From: Intoshia linei
Taxonomy: Eukaryota > Animalia > Orthonectida
Direction of reading: 5' to 3'
NCBI GenBank assembly: GCA_001642005.1
Contig: LWCA01000081.1
Span: 1 to 58,594 of the forward strand
DNA length: 58,594 nt
The notes under the pieces are model-generated. The model was not told where the DNA came from and did no database searches. It was given only the letters and a program-made list of their open reading frames with translations. Each line of letters starts with the position of its first letter. The stretch's first letter is position 1. Positions 53,101 to 58,594 of this stretch are shown here, piece after piece. The position numbers and the translations under genes are program-made.

Positions 53101-53310
53101 AAAATTTTAATTAAATATATGCCAATAAATATGCAAAATTAATAATTTTATAGTTATGTTGATAATTTATTATTATGTATTATGTATTTAATATGATATT
53201 ACCATTATCTTCATAGACAAATGGTTTCTTCGCTGAAAAAATTAGATTTAAACAGTCGTATTGGTATATATCAGAGAATTTTTTTTTATACTTTTTTATA
53301 TCATCAAGGT
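50152..53310 (-). CDS. Putative single-pass membrane protein with cytoplasmic SH3 domain; many micro-exons, 5' end unresolved
   Basis: Hydrophobic LIVTLSCTLFLACSLVLFITIIGIGIISLIFF followed by basic QKKQERR (~51620-51790). SH3-like MYDFKPSDNEEVVCKKGDIVRILEE|EIKVGWY...GCIPEEFI (~51260-51470). Acidic/Ser-rich exons end ASEFDDDL*. Confidence 0.6.
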
Positions 53311-53826
53311 AAATGCTAAAAATTAAGTATGAATTAAGTATCAAAGCTTATAATTTATAGTAAATATTATTATCATTTTTATATTTATTACAATCCTTTG
53401 CAATATTAGTAAAATTCGGCTGAAATATGTTTATAAAGTGAAGATTCCGTTAATTATTGATACATAATTGGTATTTTTAAGTATTTATTAAATTGGTACT
53501 GAATATATGTCATCACATTGAAAATCACAAAATAGGTTTTTATAATTTTATTTTTTCTGGAAATTTATGCTATTTATGACAATTTTTAAGATTAGACTGT
53601 TTTTACTTTATTTTTAATATTATACACACATTCTGTCTAATAAATTAAAAANTTATATTATTGCAAAAACATCAGACTACTCATCTATATCATAATCATA
53701 CTATATCATAATGTATATATTATATGCAGTATGTACATACAGAATTATATAGTATGTATAATTATTATTATTGTAAAAATACTGATTAATAATAATATTA
53801 ATAAAAATGTAAAAACAAATATTTAG

Positions 53827-55260
53827 AAAATAATCGTGTTTACAACAACTTATAATCGTTTGGATCACATATATGCTAATCAAAACATTTTATTAAAATC
53901 CACAAACATGTTTGACAGATTAAGAGTGTTTTTAATTGTTGATGAATGTATATGTTTTGCTATAGAACCGGTAATTAATATTTCCTTTCTCAAATAATTT
54001 AACTAACTAATTAATTAATAAATAACTTCAAATATTTTTTAATATTTATTTATTTTTTTGCAAAATTCCCGAGGGCTGATTTAATTTAATTATTTTAATT
54101 GTATATAGAGCAGTGTTCCCCAACCTTTATGGTGCTAGGCCTCCCTGTCATTATTAAAAAGATACCAGGTCATACTCAAAAAAATATGAACCAACGGTCA
54201 AATTTTTTGACTTGATAAAACAGTTCAATCAAAAAGAAATCATTACTAATTTGACTACTTTTTAGATTCTACTAAGACAATAATTTTCTAAAAAATTAAA
54301 CATTGAAACATCGAAAGTTGAGTTAATTACAATATCTTTACAATTAATGATATGATTGAGCCTAATTACTTACAAATTTTCTTTATATTAGATACATATG
54401 TTATAAGCTTTAATATATCCTCGCAGCAATTTTGCTATAAATATAAACCTACATAATGTACATTAAGGTGTCTCATCGGTATTTAGAAAAAATATCCTTA
54501 GGGCTTAAAATTATAGTATTACTAAAATATTAACTATTTTCGTTTAACTTCTAACGGTGAAATTAGTCTGACCATTTAAAGTTTTCTTTATATATACTAT
54601 ATATTACAAAATTAAAATTGAACTTTATTTTAACGGAAATTGGCGTTTGAGCTTTTAAACATGGTACCGACTTCATAATATTGTTGTCCATGTTTAGTGA
54701 TACAGTTTATTTTTTTAAATTTGTTTCTAGCTCAATTTTTTTGGATTTTATTTTTTGTTTGAATACAATTTAAATAATGTAAATAGCCAAAAGTCGAGAA
54801 ATTAAATCGTTAATTCAGTTCTGTTTTAATTTTGTAATATATAGTATATATAAAGAAAACTTTAAATGGTCAGACTATCTTCAATATTCGTTGAAATGCA
54901 TTAATATTTTGGAAATATCATTTTTTTACACTTGATTACTATTATACCTAAGTATGTTCAAAATTATAATTTTTCATTTTTTTTGAAACACCTTAATGTA
55001 CATGTATCTAAATGAAACGTAAATGTTTTTTCATTTTTTCTATATTATAAAGAATACCAGTTTAAATCACAAAATGTGTACCTCATTCCTGAAATTGCTC
55101 ATGACATATTATTCATTAAACTACATTATAATACTTGATATTTATAGTCTATACAAACGCTCATATCAGTCGATACTGGTTTAGAAGGTAGTTGGGTAGG
55201 TTTGATACCACTTTCAGGTAAAACAAAAGTTAAAACAACTGGATTACATTGGAATTTAGG
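53827..55260 (+). CDS. TPK1: Thiamine pyrophosphokinase, partial (two recognisable exons)
   Basis: NRLDHIYANQNIL...CICFAIEP (53827-53970) and VDTGLEGSWVGLIPLSGKTKVKTTGLHWNL (~55150-55260), the latter resembling TPK1 VDTGMEGDWCGLIP...TTTGLKWNL. Confidence 0.8.
54457..55002. mobile_element. MITE-like element with nested inverted repeats, in the TPK intron
   Basis: Outer pair tgtacattaaggtgt and acaccttaatgtaca. Inner ~50-bp inverted pair at about 54565-54617 and 54825-54876. Confidence 0.7.
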
Positions 55261-57390
55261 TAAATTTTAAATAATGTGTTTACAATACAATGTAATTAAA
55301 TTTATAAAATATTTATAAATATAAAAAAAAGGTAATGTGCTTTTTTAAAAATGAAGATATTCATTTGGTATTATATATTTTTTAAATAATGGGTAATAAA
55401 TTTTAATTTTTGAACGTTCTTTGTAAATATCAGTGAATAACATTTATGATTCGGTATTACTGTTGAAAAACAGTATTATAATTTATTTCTGCTTATAAAA
55501 ATCTAGGATTTGTGTCTTCATTTTTCAAAAAAATATAATTTAGGTTTTTGGACTTTATAATGCACAATGTGTATTGCACATTTTAGAGAACATCGGTTTG
55601 ATACATAAACGGTTACACAAGTGAATACGTTAATAACTATAATTAAACAGAAGCAAGCTTGATATTAATTTATTTTCTTTATAAGTATGTCAGGGTGGAC
55701 CAAATAAAAAAAATTAAATTTTTTGAATTAAAACAATTATAAAATAGTCTAATACCAACATTATTGGTACCAATTATTGTCAAAATGCTCATTTTATTAC
55801 AAATACATTTATTATATTGATCGAAGGTCAAAATTATTGATGATTTTAATTATGACTAAACGATAGAGCATATAATGTTACATAAAATAATGAAATATTA
55901 TAAAAATTGATAGGGTAGATTTCATACAGTTTACCTTTGAAAATGGCATTTTGGCTATTTATAATTTTTTTTAATCTTAATTTATCCTAACTTATATAAA
56001 ATGCAACGAAATTTTTGTTTGTGTGTCTGTGTGTCTTATTTTTTTGAAATTCATTTTAATTTTTTGAAATTTCATTTTTAAAACATTTTTTATAAAAACA
56101 TTCAAATTTAAATGAGAAACTAAAACAACTTTGTTCATATCATTTTTATATTACAATCCTTTGCAATAATGGTAAAATTCGACTGAAATGTTTATGTTTA
56201 TAAAGTGAAGATTCAGTTAATTATTGATACACAATTGGTATTTTTAGGTATTTATTAAATTGGTACTGAATATATGTCATAACATTGAAAATAACAAAAT
56301 AGGTTTGTATAATTTTATTTTTTATGGAATTATGCTATTTATGACAATTTTTAGAATTGGACTGTTTTTACTTTATTTTTAATATTATACACATTCTGTT
56401 TTTAAAATTCTTTACGCAAATGTTAACAAACAAAAAATTAAGATGGAATAATTCATTTTAAAGTAAAAAGTAATGTGATATGATGGTTCCACCTGAAACA
56501 AATTTGCGAACCACTCCTTTAAAAAATTGATAATAGTTAATAGTAGGATTTTTAAGTTAGATTTTCAACGTGAATTTATTTTTTTGGTATAATAACAGAG
56601 TGCCCTCGGCAGAGCTAGTTCCTGTTTGTACGTAGTACAAAACAGCCAAGCTATTTTTACTATAAATATGCTTTATTTTGGCTTATCACAAAATCTTATA
56701 ATGGCTATAACTTTTATTCTCGTAGATAAAAAGTTTTAATATTTTGGCATATCATTTTATTCATATAGATGACCACATGGTATTAATTTTGGTTCATTGA
56801 TGAAAAAAAATGTCATTTTTCGTATAATAATAAAAATATAAAGCTTTATTAATAACACTGTTCAACAATTTCAGATTTTTTTTCGACATCCTGGGATATT
56901 TTTATTTAGAATGAAAGACATTTTTATAAAGTACTTTAATAATTGAAGGGGCGTATTACTCCAAAAAATCAACAAATAATAATGATTATTTTGATATATA
57001 GTTATATGTAATTGTTTAAATTAAAATAAATTGTCTATTACAGTAATTCCGTGATGCTGAATTTTTACCCACTCTCAAAAACACAACAATTCCATGGTAA
57101 CACCAAAATAATTAGCATGATCTCCTACAAGCTATGTTTCCACGATNCAATTGTTTTTAAAATTCTTTACGCAAATGTTAACAAACAAAAAATTAAGATG
57201 AAAATAATTTTTTAAAGTAAAAAGTAATGTGATATGATGGTTCCACCTGAAACAAATTTGCGAACCACTCCTTTAAAAAATTGATAATAGTTAATAGTAG
57301 GATTTTTAAGTTAGATTTTCAACGTGAATTTANAGTATCAAAGCTTATAATTTATAGTAAATATTATTATCATTTTTATATTTATTACAA

Positions 57391-57923
57391 TCCTTTGCAA
57401 TATTAGTAAAATTCGGCTGAAATATGTTTATAAAGTGAAGATTCCGTTAATTATTGATACATAATTGGTATTTTTAAGTATTTATTAAATTGGTACTGAA
57501 TATATGTCATCACATTGAAAATCACAAAATAGGTTTTTATAATTTTATTTTTTCTGGAAATTTATGCTATTTATGACAATTTTTAAGATTAGACTGTTTT
57601 TACTTTATTTTTAATATTATACACACATTCTGTCTAATAAATTAAAAATAATAAAATAACAATTGTTTTTAAAATTCTTTACGCAAATGTTAACAAACAA
57701 AAAATTAATATAGAATAATTGACTTTAAAGTAAAAAGTAATGTGATATGATGGTTCCACCTGAAACAAATTTGGGAACCACTCCTTTTAAAAAATAAAAT
57801 AATAGTGAATAGTAGGATTTTCAAGTTAGATTTTCAACGTGAATTTATTTTTTAAGTATAATAAAAATGTTCCCTCAACAGAGCTAGGTCCTGTTTGTAC
57901 GTAGTACATAACAGTCAACCTAG
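57391..57923 (+). mobile_element. Non-autonomous Helitron-like element (similar copy at about 56157-56653)
   Basis: 5' A|TC and 3' gtacgtagtac-ataacagtcaacCTAG|T. Confidence 0.65.
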
Positions 57924-57943
57924 TAATGTATATTATATTAAAC

Positions 57944-58594
57944 CTGGGATGGGCATCTGCGGCCTCTGATGCTTAAAAATGCGGCCTTTCAGAAAAATCA
58001 GAATTTTGCAAAAAAGTGAAAATTTTAATTGACAGTTCAAAAAACGATATATTGCCTTGAAAAGTAGTTTATCTTATAATAAATGCATTTTGAATTAGAA
58101 ATCTGACTTGTTTTCTCAATATTTTTGTCATATATAAGATTCATCAATTTTTTCACTTTTAAAGAAATAAAACCCCCATCGGATGTTAGTACAAAAGAAG
58201 CGAAAATATTTATCAGAAAACAGAATTTTTAATTTAGAGTGGGAAAACGACTATTTTTTAGTTTAGAATAAGTCTGGAATGATTTGCCTGATCTGCAGAA
58301 GCAATATCTCAATAATAAAGAAATGCAACGTTGAAAAGCACTATAAACTTCATTTTAATAATCAGATTACCAAACTTGACAGAGATGACATAAAAAAGAA
58401 ATTAGAGACATTGAAAAATCAGCTCGAAAATCAACAGACTCTTTTCAAGAATATTTTCAATCTTGGTCAAGCTCAGACAAAATCTAGATATATGATAGCT
58501 TATTTAATTGGCAAAAAAGGAAGAGCCTTCTCTGATGCCAAAATGGTTAAAGAAGCTATAATTGAAACGGTCAAATGTGTCGAGCCAGATAATA
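57944..58594 (+). mobile_element. hAT (SPIN/Buster, GTF2IRD2/EPM2AIP1-like) transposase 5' part with a premature stop; truncated by the window end
   Basis: From ATG 58183: KKRK...RIFNLEWENDYFLV*...CLIC...NVEKHYKLH...YMIAYLIGKKGRAFSDAKMVKE. TIR-like ctgggatgggca at about 57944. Confidence 0.78.

Noticed and set aside
56726-57146. Possible plus-strand exons downstream of TPK
   Set aside because: No TPK C-terminal (STSN-type) motif or other recognisable homology, and the segment ends at an assembly gap.
58183-58594. In-frame TAG as a sign of an alternative genetic code or a domesticated gene
   Set aside because: The conserved host genes use standard stops; a decayed transposase explains it.

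Overview
Very AT-rich eukaryotic (metazoan) genomic DNA with dense genes, 35-55 nt GT-AG micro-introns and fast-evolving proteins, consistent with a reduced animal parasite genome (orthonectid-like; inference). Genes assembled by hand across introns: an atypical H-NOX soluble guanylyl cyclase, an NPY/NPF precursor, a divergent beta-tubulin, INSIG, DDX23/Prp28, NDUFS6, a PH-containing dynamin, an ACAD9-like gene, RSL24D1, a coiled-coil-DIX protein, a head-to-head serpin pair, a transmembrane-SH3 gene, partial thiamine pyrophosphokinase, and two frameshifted orphan paralogs with signal peptides. Long introns and intergenic DNA hold non-autonomous Helitrons, hAT/Buster MITEs, foldback elements and hAT transposase remnants. 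The most notable signals are: (1) a cryptic 10-nt exon that makes the neuropeptide end RPRY-G-stop; (2) an O2-sensor-type sGC lacking a catalytic Asp; (3) a beta-tubulin without MREI and altered at all three benzimidazole sites; (4) NDUFS6 missing zinc ligands; (5) a TM-SH3 architecture. All assignments are by motif recall, not database search.
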